From contig DAIDJN010000019.1 in the NCBI GenBank assembly GCA_027451365.1, forward strand, positions 1 through 64,000: DNA of 64,000 bases, in the 5' to 3' direction. The DNA is from Phycisphaerales bacterium. GTDB taxonomy: Bacteria; Planctomycetota; Phycisphaerae; WQYP01. Position numbers and translations under genes: made by a program. Below are positions 44,193 through 54,590 of this stretch, piece after piece (the stretch's first letter is position 1; each line of letters begins with the position of its first letter). A model generated the notes under the pieces. The model saw only the letters and a list, made by a program, of their open reading frames with translations, had not been told where the DNA came from and searched no databases.

Positions 44193-45050
44193 ATGGCTTC
44201 ACAGGCGATTATCAGTCAGACGCAGGAGCCTTTTGCCAAACGGCTGGATGGTCGAGCCGTCACGCGCCCGCAGGATGAACCGCCGCATGGAATCCCGATA
44301 GCGCTGCGTTCCGCCCAGCACTCGCAAATCAGCCGCGGCCGCTTCGAGCCGCCTTGGTCCAAGCGCATTGTGTTGGCCAATTGGCTGATAAAGGGAGAGG
44401 CGTTGATGGGCGTAGGGGGCCGGCGTGTGCCCATAAAGCCCGGCGATTTTGCATTGTATCTCCCTTCCATGCCGCATCAGATATGGGCGGTTTCCAAAAT
44501 TGTTGAAATGTGCTGGTTTTCGATTGATGGCCCGCTGGCCGAACCGTTTGTTCTGCAATTGAATTTGCGTGCAGGCGTGTATCCGTTTGGTCCCGCGCCG
44601 CTGGCGGTGATTGACACCATGATGGATTCGCTAAGCGACCATACCATTCAGGGACGTCGCCGCGCCAGTCTGCTGGCAATACAGGCCTGGTACGATATCG
44701 CCAACACCATTCGCGCGCCGGAAGTGCATTCGGTCATCAGTCAGGCCCGCCACCTTATTGAGCAGGAATTTTCCGATCCTGACACTTCCGCCAAGCGGGT
44801 GGCCACCAGGCTGGGCTATCATCGTGCGTCATTAAGCCGCATGTTTCATGAAAGTACCGGCGTGACTCTGAAGGATTATCTGACGCAGGTTCGGCTTCAG
44901 GAAGCGCAATCGCTGCTTTTACACAGCGATTTTAAGGTCGCCGATATAAGCCGTAAATGTGGGTTTCTGGAAGTCAGCTATTTTTGCCGCTGGCTGCGGA
45001 AACATACGGGGCAGACGCCATCGCAAATTCGCGAATCCGCAGCGCCGTAA
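44193..45050 (+). CDS. AraC family transcriptional regulator
   Basis: Cupin N-domain (PGD..LY.P..PH); LSRMF...TG.T..DYL...RL..A..LL, CGF...SYF.R...G.TP...R. Confidence 0.95.
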   Translation: MASQAIISQTQEPFAKRLDGRAVTRPQDEPPHGIPIALRSAQHSQISRGRFEPPWSKRIVLANWLIKGEALMGVGGRRVPIKPGDFALYLPSMPHQIWAVSKIVEMCWFSIDGPLAEPFVLQLNLRAGVYPFGPAPLAVIDTMMDSLSDHTIQGRRRASLLAIQAWYDIANTIRAPEVHSVISQARHLIEQEFSDPDTSAKRVATRLGYHRASLSRMFHESTGVTLKDYLTQVRLQEAQSLLLHSDFKVADISRKCGFLEVSYFCRWLRKHTGQTPSQIRESAAP

Positions 45051-45356
45051 TTTCCCAAACGCGCTTGTCCAAGCCAGGCTGATTCAGTTTGGCGGCCGCG
45101 TCGGGGGCCACCGTTCCGCTCTATCGGTAAAGTCGATAGAGACACACAAAGCCCCAATTTAGAGTTAGTTTGACCATACCTTCTGCCAATGTACGCGGTT
45201 GGGCAGTTGGAAGGTATAAAGGCAGCCCGCAAGACAATTGGGTTTGCACCATGACGCCAACCACCGTTGTCCGCCAATGGTGATACAATTGCCTCTATCG
45301 TATGAACTTCGTTCGGCACTATTGCGGCGGCGGCCCGTTGTGATATAACTAAACAG

Positions 45357-46076
45357 ATGGCAAACGCCTCCCTGATGGGTATAGCCCATCGTGGAGCATC
45401 CGCTTACGCCCCGGAAAATACTGTCGCCGCATTTGATGAGGCCATCCGTCTGGGTGCTGCGGCCATCGAATTTGATGTGCGGGAGACCGCGGATGGCGTT
45501 CCGGTGGTGGTGCATGATGAAACAGTGGATCGAACCACGAATGGGCATGGCCGTGTAAACGAATTAACGCGGCTGGAGCTGTTGCGGCTGGACGCAGGCT
45601 CGTGGAAACATCCGCGCTTTGTCGGAACCCGTATTCCAACGGTGGCTGAGGCTCTGGCGGCCATAGATGATCTGGCGATTCCGGTGCTGGAACTGAAAAC
45701 AACCGTATCGGCTGGCATATTGGCGGATATTCTGACGGATTTTGCCATGACCGACCGTGCGGTGGTCTTGAGTTTTGAAGCTTTTATGCTTGCCCCGCTG
45801 CGACCGATTCTTCCGAATATCCGAATCGGACTTCTGGCGGATGTATGGACAACTGATTTGCCCCAGCGCTGCGTTCAAACTGGGGCGGGAATTATTGTGG
45901 CAGATACCGAAATTCTGTCGCTGGAACGGGTGGGCCAGATACGAAGCGCGGGACTTGCGGTGTGGACGTACACCGTCAACGACGCCGGCACAGTCGCCGC
46001 ATGTGCCGCCATGGGTGTCACCGGTGTCATAACGGATTACCCGGATTTAATCCGCAGCCGTGGTGTGCCATCCTGA
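45357..46076 (+). CDS. Glycerophosphodiester phosphodiesterase
   Basis: AHRGAS..APENT, EFDV..T.DG..VV.HD...DRTTNG, WTYTVN, ITDYP. Confidence 0.93.
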   Translation: MANASLMGIAHRGASAYAPENTVAAFDEAIRLGAAAIEFDVRETADGVPVVVHDETVDRTTNGHGRVNELTRLELLRLDAGSWKHPRFVGTRIPTVAEALAAIDDLAIPVLELKTTVSAGILADILTDFAMTDRAVVLSFEAFMLAPLRPILPNIRIGLLADVWTTDLPQRCVQTGAGIIVADTEILSLERVGQIRSAGLAVWTYTVNDAGTVAACAAMGVTGVITDYPDLIRSRGVPS

Positions 46077-46227
46077 ATTGCGGGCGGCAATATTAAAGCT
46101 GTTCCCATGGCCCCCAGTGAAGTTTTTGCCGTCTGGCGGGTGATGGCCGTGAAACAATCAATTTAAAATCCGGCATTTAAGCGGAGTAAACAACGCCGCA
46201 CCGGAAATTTACTTCAAGCGAGGTTAT

Positions 46228-47652
46228 GTGTCAGACAATCAGACAGTACAGGAAACCACAGTGACGGGTCTGCTGGAAATTACCGAAAAAGGCCAGGGCT
46301 TTTTGCGGTTCGAATCGCGCAAGTTCAAGCCCGTGCCGGCGGACCCCACCGTCTCTGCCGAGGTTATTGCACGGGATCATCTGCGGCCGGGGCTGATGGT
46401 GACGGCCACCGCTAAATCCAATGGGCGGTCACCCGCTCCCGCGGTGATGGACATCGTTTCGGTGAATGGCAAAACCCTTGAAGAATACTGGCAGATGCCC
46501 GCATTTGGCGACCTGACTGTCATTGATCCGCGCGAACGTCTGAAACTTGAAACCGTGGGCGGCCCCATTTCTATGCGTATCATGGACCTGCTGACACCCA
46601 TTGGCCGCGGACAGCGCGGGCTGATTGTCGCGCCGCCAAAAACCGGTAAGACCACGCTGCTGAAGCAGATTGCCGAAGCCACGCTGCGGAACCATCCGGA
46701 TATGAAGGTGTTCATTCTTCTGGTCGATGAACGGCCCGAGGAAGTCACCGACTTTCGACGCACGCTGAACGCGGAAGTCTGGGCGAGCAATAACGATGAA
46801 GATGTCCTTTCTCATGTGCGTACAGCGCGAACGGTTATTGAGCGCGCGCGGCGCATGGTCGAATTCGGCCATCATGTGATGGTGGTGCTTGATTCGCTTA
46901 CCCGGTTGGGACGCGCATTTAACCATTTTGTCGGCAGTTCAGGACGCACCATGACCGGCGGTGTTGACTCCGGTGCGCTGGTTGAGCCGCGGGCTATTTT
47001 CGGCTCTGCACGGAATATTGAAAATGGCGGATCGCTTACCATTATCGCGTCCTGCCTCATTGAAACCGGCAGCAAAATGGATGATCTTATTTTTCAGGAA
47101 TTCAAGGGTACCGGCAACATGGAACTGGTGCTTTCCAGAAAACTGGCCGAGCGGCGGGTCTGGCCCGCGATAGACCTGCCCGCGTCCGGCACCCGAAAAG
47201 AAGAATTACTTCTTGGTGCCACCCATGCCTATAAGTCGGGCATGTTGCGCCGCGACCTGATCGGACGTGACCCGGTTGCCGCCATGGATGTCCTGGTCAA
47301 GGCCCTGTCCCGTTACCAGGCCAACGCCCAGTTCTGGGAGAGTCTGGCCTCGCCGACGAAGCTGGCTGCCCCCGCTCCTTTGCCCGGTCCCAGACCCGCA
47401 CCGGTTGCGTCCAATGGTTCGCCGCCCGCATCGCCAGCAGTCACAGTGCCGGCGGCCAAACCGGTGGTACCTGTGCCACAACCACCCGCCACGCCGGAGG
47501 ACTCGAACAGCCCCACCGTGGGCGTGGCCCGTCCCATGCGAACTGGGCATGGCAGTCGCAGATATTCCAGCCGAGGCCGATCGCAACGCAGTGGTCGCAG
47601 TGGCAGTGGGGGTAGCAGCGGCGGCAGTGGCGGTGGACGCAGAAGGCGCTGA
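46228..47652 (+). CDS. rho: Transcription termination factor Rho, short N-terminus and low-complexity C-terminal tail
   Basis: GFLR, PIGRGQRGLIVAPPKTGKT, DERPEEVT, DSLTRL, EFKGTGNME, SGTRKEELL. Confidence 0.93.
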   Translation: MSDNQTVQETTVTGLLEITEKGQGFLRFESRKFKPVPADPTVSAEVIARDHLRPGLMVTATAKSNGRSPAPAVMDIVSVNGKTLEEYWQMPAFGDLTVIDPRERLKLETVGGPISMRIMDLLTPIGRGQRGLIVAPPKTGKTTLLKQIAEATLRNHPDMKVFILLVDERPEEVTDFRRTLNAEVWASNNDEDVLSHVRTARTVIERARRMVEFGHHVMVVLDSLTRLGRAFNHFVGSSGRTMTGGVDSGALVEPRAIFGSARNIENGGSLTIIASCLIETGSKMDDLIFQEFKGTGNMELVLSRKLAERRVWPAIDLPASGTRKEELLLGATHAYKSGMLRRDLIGRDPVAAMDVLVKALSRYQANAQFWESLASPTKLAAPAPLPGPRPAPVASNGSPPASPAVTVPAAKPVVPVPQPPATPEDSNSPTVGVARPMRTGHGSRRYSSRGRSQRSGRSGSGGSSGGSGGGRRRR

Positions 47653-48330
47653 CCGGCCTGCCGTAGCACACCCCGCGGCATTGCCGCAATCAAATCGGGA
47701 CTCTCCGGCTACCCGAATCGCGCGAACACAGAACAGCCGCAACGCCGATTTTGCCATCCCGGCTTCGCGATAAAATTCAGCCGTTAACGGCTATGTCAGC
47801 ACGTCGCTACCGGCCGCGTGGCCAGACTCCAGATATCGCGCTTCGGAGGAGACCGCTTTTCCGTCCCAATGGCCAGACCGCCGAGAACTGCGGAAAAACT
47901 ACCGGGCCTGGGCGTCCCAATTCCTGCAAGACTCAATAAAAACAAGCCGTTCTTTCGTAGCCTTTTCTGTTCAAAATCGTGGGTGTCTGCCATTGGGTAT
48001 CTCCTGAACGGCGGTTGTGCCGTGGGCGTTAATGCCCGGCAATTGCAAGCAAATCCTGTCCCGATCTAAAGTGTTAACTTATACGGCACGTGGTTGTTCA
48101 TGGCGTATCTGGGGACACGCTTTGTCCGTAAAAGCGGACTGTTAACAGCTCCCGGCACGAACAGCGATCTGTTATCAGAACCCGATAGCGGTAGTTTGTC
48201 CGGTTCGCGCCTCCTGATTTTGCGCTGATCGGGGAATTGTGCTGGGAACTCCGCGCCAATCGCGAGCTTTGATTTCATGCCACTGAAACTATAGAATGTC
48301 TGCCCGGCCGGCAGAATCTGGAGATGAACC

Positions 48331-50037
48331 ATGGGCGCACTAAGTGGCGGCAACCGACGGAATTTTCTGCGTTCATGTGCAGCCGTCGGCACGGTTATTT
48401 CGGCGGGCCGCGGCCTTTTTCGCCAGGCCGCCGCACAGGCACAGGTGGCACGCAATAAATTTAATCGGTTCAACCTGCCGCCGGCGCTTCCGCCAGATGC
48501 CGACCAGCCAAACCGGCAAGGCAACTGGGGAGATCAGGGCGACGGCACTTATGTGAATCCGGTTTTGCCGGCGGACTACAGCGATATTGATGTGATCCGC
48601 GTGGGAACCGATTATTATTTTATTTCCTCCACGTTTCAGTTCTCGCCGGGAATTATTATTTTACATTCGCGCGACCTGGTAAACTGGACCATCGTTGGCC
48701 ATGCGATCACAGATTTAACGCGCATTACTCCCGAACTGAACTGGAACCGCATGGCCCGCTATGGACGGGGCATCTGGGCACCGGCAATTCGCCACCATAA
48801 CCATAAATTCTGGATTTATGTCTGTACGCCGGATGAAGGTATTTTCATGAGTACGGCCGACAATATTTCCGGGCCATGGACGCCGATTCATGCGGTAATG
48901 CGCGCCGCCGGCTGGGATGATCCGTGTCCATTCTGGGATGACGACGGGCAAGGCTATCTTGTGACCAGCCATTTTTCCGCCGGCTATAAAATTTATCTTT
49001 TCAAGCTGACCGCCGATGGACGGAGAATCATTCCCGGTTCCGGACGGGTTATTCACCAGTCGCGCGGCAGTGAGGCGAATAAACTTTATAAGATCAACGG
49101 CTGGTATTATCACTATTACAGTCAGGTGCAGCGCGAAGGGCGCGTACCGATGATGGATAGGTCTCGACGCCTCGATGGACCATGGGAAACGCGCCAGCTT
49201 ATGCACGTGAATCCGCGAATAGACCATGAACCGAATCAGGGAGGGTTTGTAAGCACCGCGGCCGGCCAATGGTGGTTCCTGACGCACCAGGGTTCCGGCC
49301 GCTGGTATGGCCGTGCCTGCTGTCTGCTGCCGGTAACCTGGGTCGATGACTGGCCGATTATTGGGAAAATTGGATCGGATGGCATTGGCAATATGGTCTG
49401 GCGGGACCGGATGCCCATCCACGGCCACGCGCCCTGTGTTCCGCAGACCAGTGACACCTTTGATCGCCCCGTTCTGGCGGCCCAATGGGAATGGAACTAC
49501 CAGCCGCGCGCCGACAAATGGTCGCTCACCCAACGCCCGGGATACCTGCGGCTTCACGCGTTTAAGCCATTGCGGGCGAATAATCTGTTAACTGCGGGTA
49601 ACACGCTTACTCAGCGTGTATTTAAAACCAATCGGAATGTGGTAACTGTTCAGATGGATATAACGGGCATGACCGACGGCCAACACGCGGGGATATGCCA
49701 TTTTGCATCACATTTCTGGACCATTGGTGCGGCCCGGCGGGGCGACCAGACGCATATTGCGTTTAACCATAATGGGAAGCTGACGTATGGCCTGGCGATG
49801 ACGGCCTCCGTGGTCTGGTTCAGGTCCATCTGGGACATCAACGGACAAAGCCGGTTTTCGTTTAGTCTGGACGGTCGCCGGTTTGTGGATTTCGGCGATA
49901 AATTTCGGCTGGCTTGGGGATTTTATCGGGGCGATCGGATCGGCATTTTCACTTTCAACAACAATGCTGAAAACGGCCATGTGGATGTGAAATACTTTCA
50001 TTATTTACTTGCCGAACCACGCGGCATGCGTACCTGA
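48331..50037 (+). CDS. Tat-exported GH43 beta-xylosidase/arabinofuranosidase-like enzyme
   Basis: NRRNFLR; NPVL..DYSDIDVIRVG, WAP, DDPCPFWDDDG, C-terminal beta-sandwich WEWN..P. Confidence 0.9.
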   Translation: MGALSGGNRRNFLRSCAAVGTVISAGRGLFRQAAAQAQVARNKFNRFNLPPALPPDADQPNRQGNWGDQGDGTYVNPVLPADYSDIDVIRVGTDYYFISSTFQFSPGIIILHSRDLVNWTIVGHAITDLTRITPELNWNRMARYGRGIWAPAIRHHNHKFWIYVCTPDEGIFMSTADNISGPWTPIHAVMRAAGWDDPCPFWDDDGQGYLVTSHFSAGYKIYLFKLTADGRRIIPGSGRVIHQSRGSEANKLYKINGWYYHYYSQVQREGRVPMMDRSRRLDGPWETRQLMHVNPRIDHEPNQGGFVSTAAGQWWFLTHQGSGRWYGRACCLLPVTWVDDWPIIGKIGSDGIGNMVWRDRMPIHGHAPCVPQTSDTFDRPVLAAQWEWNYQPRADKWSLTQRPGYLRLHAFKPLRANNLLTAGNTLTQRVFKTNRNVVTVQMDITGMTDGQHAGICHFASHFWTIGAARRGDQTHIAFNHNGKLTYGLAMTASVVWFRSIWDINGQSRFSFSLDGRRFVDFGDKFRLAWGFYRGDRIGIFTFNNNAENGHVDVKYFHYLLAEPRGMRT

Positions 50038-50155
50038 AATTTACCAGGCGCCGACATCATTGGGAATCGGGCGCACGCGTTGGCTGATGGGCCTCGCGGT
50101 CGCAAAGGGACCGTGCGGTCGCGCGTGCAAGGTGCCAGCCATATGAAGGTTCCGG

Positions 50156-51100
50156 TTAAATCTGAAAATCAAGCGGCTGTTCCTGAACAAATTCCCGCGG
50201 CGGCCGATTGCGGTATTGCAGTTCCGGGTGCTTTACGCTGACCCGGGTGTTAGGCGGAACCGACTGGGTAACAAATACATTGCCATTGATGGTCGCACCG
50301 CGTCCTACCACTGTATCTCCTCCAAGAATGCTGGCGTTGGGATACACCATCACATCATCCTGCAGCGTGGGGTGGCGCTTGGAACCGCGCAATGACTGCC
50401 CGCCGCGCGTGGAAAGCGCGCCCAGCGTTACGCCCTGATAAATTTTTACATTGCGGCCAATGTGTGTGGTTTCACCAATGACCACACCGGTGCCGTGGTC
50501 TATAAAGAAATAGTTGCTGATTTCCGCGCCCGGATGAATGTCAATACCCGTCAGGCTGTGGGCGTATTCACTCATGATGCGCGGCACCAGTGGAACGCCC
50601 AGCCGGTGGAGTTCGTGTGAAATGCGATATATCGTGATGGCCAGATACCCCGGATAGCAGAAAATAATTTCATCGACGCTGCCCGCCGCCGGGTCGCCCT
50701 CAAAAGCCGCCTGGGCGTCGGTGGCCAGAATTTCCCGCAGACGCGGTATTGATCCGAGAAATTCGTCGGTAACGGCTGCCGCGGTCGTGTCACAATTCGG
50801 GCAGTCTCCTTTACCGGAACGCTGATGCTGGTGGCGGATCGCGCGTCGAACCTGGTCAAACAGCATGTCGCGGACAGAACCAAGAATGGAACTGACATGA
50901 AACTGTAAATCAGCCTGGGTCAGATTCTGGCGGCCGAAAAAGCCGGGGAACAGCAATTCCCGCATTGTCTTGACCAGTTGAATCACCACGTCGCGATTGG
51001 GCAGAAATGTGGCGCCGATGTACTGTGTCTCAGCATACCGGCCATAGCTGGCAATGATGTCCTGCGTCAACTGGGACAGGTCCTGTTTGTCGGTGCTCAA
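50156..51100 (-). CDS. cysE: Serine O-acetyltransferase (long type)
   Basis: GDPAA, TGIDIHPGA, FFIDHGTGVVIGET, YQGVTLG, KRHPT; TTG start after AGGAG. Confidence 0.9.
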   Translation of the reverse strand: MSTDKQDLSQLTQDIIASYGRYAETQYIGATFLPNRDVVIQLVKTMRELLFPGFFGRQNLTQADLQFHVSSILGSVRDMLFDQVRRAIRHQHQRSGKGDCPNCDTTAAAVTDEFLGSIPRLREILATDAQAAFEGDPAAGSVDEIIFCYPGYLAITIYRISHELHRLGVPLVPRIMSEYAHSLTGIDIHPGAEISNYFFIDHGTGVVIGETTHIGRNVKIYQGVTLGALSTRGGQSLRGSKRHPTLQDDVMVYPNASILGGDTVVGRGATINGNVFVTQSVPPNTRVSVKHPELQYRNRPPREFVQEQPLDFQI

Positions 51101-51269
51101 GGGCAATCTCCTGCAAGCCAAAGTATGGTAGTTTAGGCCAGCCGGGGCGGCAGGGCCAGTGGTCGGCGGACCTCACGCCGATTTTGCGGGGCCGTGGCCG
51201 GGGCAATTGCAGATGGCGGCTTCCCCGCCTAATATCGTGGAACCTGTAATGGCCTAAGGAAAAATGTGC

Positions 51270-52793
51270 ATGGCGTATGACGATCTTCAATCCTTTCTGA
51301 CCGCTCTGGAAAAGGCCGGCGAACTCCGCCGTATTTCTGCAACCGTAGATCCCGTGCTGGAGGTGGCGGAAATTGCCGATCGCGTCAGCAAGTCGCCGAC
51401 GCGCAGCGGTCAGTGGCCAGCCTCCGGGCCGCCACCCTTCGGCGGGGCAAACCCATTGCACGGCACGCAGGGAACCAATCAGGCCCTGTTGTTTACCCAT
51501 GTCAAAGGGAGCGATATTCCCCTGGCGATCAACACCTTTGGTTCCTATGACCGGCTGCATAAGGCGCTGGGGTGCGACAATCTGGATGTTTTGGCGCAGC
51601 GCATTGCGGAGCTTACCAGACCAGAACCTCCGGTCGGGCTGATGGACAAAATTCGCAAAGGGCTGGACCTGCTGAAACTTGCCGGATACGGCCCGAAAGT
51701 GCGTTCCGGTGCCGCCCTGTGCCAGCAGGAGGTGCACACCGATGATGCGGACATTACCCGATTGCCCGTGATTCAATGCTGGCCAAAAGATGGCGGCAAA
51801 TATATTACGCTGGGTCAGGTGATTACCCGACATCCTGAAACCGGATCGCGGAATATGGGCATGTATCGCGTGCAGGTCTTTGACAAAAAACTCACCGCAA
51901 TGCACTGGCACATGCACCATGATGGCGCCCGGCATTTTCGTGCCTGGAAAAAGCTGGGCAAGCCGTGCCCGCTGGCGATTGTGCTTGGCGGGGAAAGCGT
52001 GCTGCCTTATGCCGCCACCGCGCCGCTGCCGCCGGGAATTGATGAGCATCTTTTTGCGGGCTTTTTAATGGGCCGGGGGCTGGACCTTGTGGCGTGTAAA
52101 ACCATTCCTCTGGAAGTTCCGGCCAATGCGGAAATAGTGATTGAAGGCTTTGTTGATCCGGCCCAGACGATCCTGGAAGGGCCGTTTGGCGACCACACCG
52201 GCTTTTATTCACTGGCCGACCAATATCCGGTTTTTCGCGTAACGGCTGTGACGCATCGGAAAAATCCGGTTTATCCGACCACTATTGTCGGCAAGCCGCC
52301 GCAGGAAGATTATTATCTGGGCAAGGCAACGGAGCGTCTGTTTCTGCCGCTGCTGAAAATTCTGATACCGGACATCGTGGATTATGACCTGCCCATGTTC
52401 GGGGCGTTTCATAATTGCGCGGTGCTGAAAATCCGAAAGGATTATCCCTACCATGCTCGCAAGGTGATTCACGCCGTCTGGGGCGCGGGCCAGATGGCCT
52501 GGACCAAAATGGTGATCGTGGTGGATGAACATGTGGATGTGCACAACCTTGATGATGTGCTGTTTCATGTGGCGGCCAACGTGGACCCCCGGCGGGATAC
52601 GTTTATTGCCGAAGGTCCGCTGGATATTCTTGACCATGCCGCTCCGTTCATGGGTGCTGGCAGTAAAATGGGAATTGATGCAACGCGGAAGTGGCCCGGC
52701 GAGGGTACCGTGCGCGACTGGCCTGAGGAAATTTCCATGGATGACGCGACCATTGCCACCGTGAGCCGCCGGTGGAAAGAATATGGCTTTTGA
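51270..52793 (+). CDS. UbiD-family prFMN decarboxylase, probably menaquinone pathway
   Basis: N.GMYR, VPANAEIVIEG, EGPFGDHTGFY, GKPP.ED, GSKMGIDAT. Confidence 0.9.
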   Translation: MAYDDLQSFLTALEKAGELRRISATVDPVLEVAEIADRVSKSPTRSGQWPASGPPPFGGANPLHGTQGTNQALLFTHVKGSDIPLAINTFGSYDRLHKALGCDNLDVLAQRIAELTRPEPPVGLMDKIRKGLDLLKLAGYGPKVRSGAALCQQEVHTDDADITRLPVIQCWPKDGGKYITLGQVITRHPETGSRNMGMYRVQVFDKKLTAMHWHMHHDGARHFRAWKKLGKPCPLAIVLGGESVLPYAATAPLPPGIDEHLFAGFLMGRGLDLVACKTIPLEVPANAEIVIEGFVDPAQTILEGPFGDHTGFYSLADQYPVFRVTAVTHRKNPVYPTTIVGKPPQEDYYLGKATERLFLPLLKILIPDIVDYDLPMFGAFHNCAVLKIRKDYPYHARKVIHAVWGAGQMAWTKMVIVVDEHVDVHNLDDVLFHVAANVDPRRDTFIAEGPLDILDHAAPFMGAGSKMGIDATRKWPGEGTVRDWPEEISMDDATIATVSRRWKEYGF

Positions 52794-52832
52794 GTTTCAG
52801 TTCTTACTTGATCAATCTGGAAAATTAAGTTT

Positions 52833-54479
52833 ATGACCGACAGTTTGAATGCCGTTATGACGCCGGTTCGCACGCGATTTGCGCCCTCTCCGACCGGCTT
52901 TCTACATGTGGGCGGCGCGCGGACCGCGCTGTTCAACTGGCTTTATGCGCGAAAAAATAACGGGCAGTTTGTATTGCGTATTGAAGATACCGATCAGGTG
53001 CGATCCACAGCCGAATCCGCGGCGGGCATTCTAAGTGATTTGCAATGGCTGGGGTTGAACTGGGATTTTGGCCCTGTTCCCGGCGCGGGCAAAAATGAAT
53101 ATTTCCAGAGTACCCGTCTGGATATTTATAACCAATATCTTCGTCATCTTATCGAACGCGGGCTGGCCTATGAAGCGTATGAAACGCCCCAGCAGCTTGC
53201 CGCCATGCGAATGGCCGCCGAAAAGGCCAAAAAGCCTTTCCGTTATCGCCAGAACATGCCGGGCCGTGCCGCCAAAGGTGAAGGCCCCTGCGTGATTCGG
53301 TTTGCCATGCCATGGGAGGAGATTCAGTTCACCGACGAGATTCTGGGCGATATTCGCGTGGCTGGCGATGAGCATGATGATATTGTCATACGTAAATCAG
53401 ATGGCTTTCCAACCTATCATTTTGCGGTGGTGGTGGATGACCATCTGATGGGTATTACCCATGTGCTTCGTGCGCAGGAGCATCTGATGAACACGCCGAA
53501 GCATTTGGGCCTTTATGCCGCGCTCGGCTGGGTGCCGCCACGCCACGCCCACATGCCACTGGTGTTTAATATGGACAATACCAAAATGTCCAAGCGCGAC
53601 AAAGCCAAAGCGGCGCGTCAGGCCTTGCAGCTTTATGCCCGCCAGAAAAATGATCCGGCTTATGCCGCTCTGGCTGACAGTCTGAAAACCGACCGGCAGG
53701 CAATTGTGGATTTTGTCGCCAAGAAGAATGACGACACCGCGTTGGCCGCGCTGCTGGCCGCCGCCATTGGTGTTTCGCTGCCGGAAATTGATGTCCAGGA
53801 TTTCCGCCGCAGCGGTTACATGGCCGACGCGCTGCTTAATTTTATAGCCCTCATCGGCTGGTCGCCTGGAGAGAATCGCGAAATTCTGACCCGTGCGGAA
53901 ATGCTGAATCTGTTTTCACTGGAGAGCATTGGCAAAACCAGTGGCCGATTTGACCGCAAAAAACTTCAGTGGATGAATGGTGAATATATACGTCGCTCGC
54001 CCGCAGACAGTCTGGTTCTCGCCGTGCGCAGCTTCTGCCAGGTGACGGATTACCCGCTGGCAAACGCTGATGAATCCAGCCTGCGGCGGATACTGGCTAT
54101 GTATCAGGAACGCATGGCCACGTTCGGCGAAATGGCCGAAAATTCCCGGTTCTTTTTCATCGAACCCCAGATTGACGGCGCTGCGGGTGAAAAATTCATT
54201 GTTCGTAATCAGGGCTGGCGATGGCTGGCCCCGATTCATGATATACTTTCAGCCGTGGCGGCCTGGGACGCGGCCTCTCTTAATTCCGCCATGGAGCGTA
54301 TTATTGCCATGGGCGAAAAGCGGGGCGAAGCTGCGCAAGTTTTGCGCGTCGCCCTTGCCGGGGGCGCGGTTTCACCCCCAATGCTGGAAACCATTCTGCT
54401 GTTGGGGCGGCAACGAACGCTGGACCGGGTGCGGCGGGCGTTGCATCAGTTTACGCCTGCGGATTCATCGGCTGGATAA
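52833..54479 (+). CDS. gltX: Glutamate--tRNA ligase
   Basis: RFAPSPTGFLHVGG, RIEDTD, PTYHFAVVVDD, KMSKR. Confidence 0.96.
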   Translation: MTDSLNAVMTPVRTRFAPSPTGFLHVGGARTALFNWLYARKNNGQFVLRIEDTDQVRSTAESAAGILSDLQWLGLNWDFGPVPGAGKNEYFQSTRLDIYNQYLRHLIERGLAYEAYETPQQLAAMRMAAEKAKKPFRYRQNMPGRAAKGEGPCVIRFAMPWEEIQFTDEILGDIRVAGDEHDDIVIRKSDGFPTYHFAVVVDDHLMGITHVLRAQEHLMNTPKHLGLYAALGWVPPRHAHMPLVFNMDNTKMSKRDKAKAARQALQLYARQKNDPAYAALADSLKTDRQAIVDFVAKKNDDTALAALLAAAIGVSLPEIDVQDFRRSGYMADALLNFIALIGWSPGENREILTRAEMLNLFSLESIGKTSGRFDRKKLQWMNGEYIRRSPADSLVLAVRSFCQVTDYPLANADESSLRRILAMYQERMATFGEMAENSRFFFIEPQIDGAAGEKFIVRNQGWRWLAPIHDILSAVAAWDAASLNSAMERIIAMGEKRGEAAQVLRVALAGGAVSPPMLETILLLGRQRTLDRVRRALHQFTPADSSAG

Positions 54480-54590
54480 ATCCTGGGTGGCCTGTGTGGA
54501 AGTATGGAACAGGAATAAGAGGTTCAGTTGCCAGCGGAGTGGGCGGCGGCTACGCTTAAACAACGTTTTTTTCTCTTGCAGGAGTCTTAC

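Noticed and set aside
47581..47640. GCAGTGG-type short repeats
   Set aside because: Coding low complexity of the Rho tail, not CRISPR or a VNTR
47796..47993. 65-aa minus ORF with AGGAG RBS (MADTHDFEQ...)
   Set aside because: No recognisable homology; may be a gene remnant but cannot be supported
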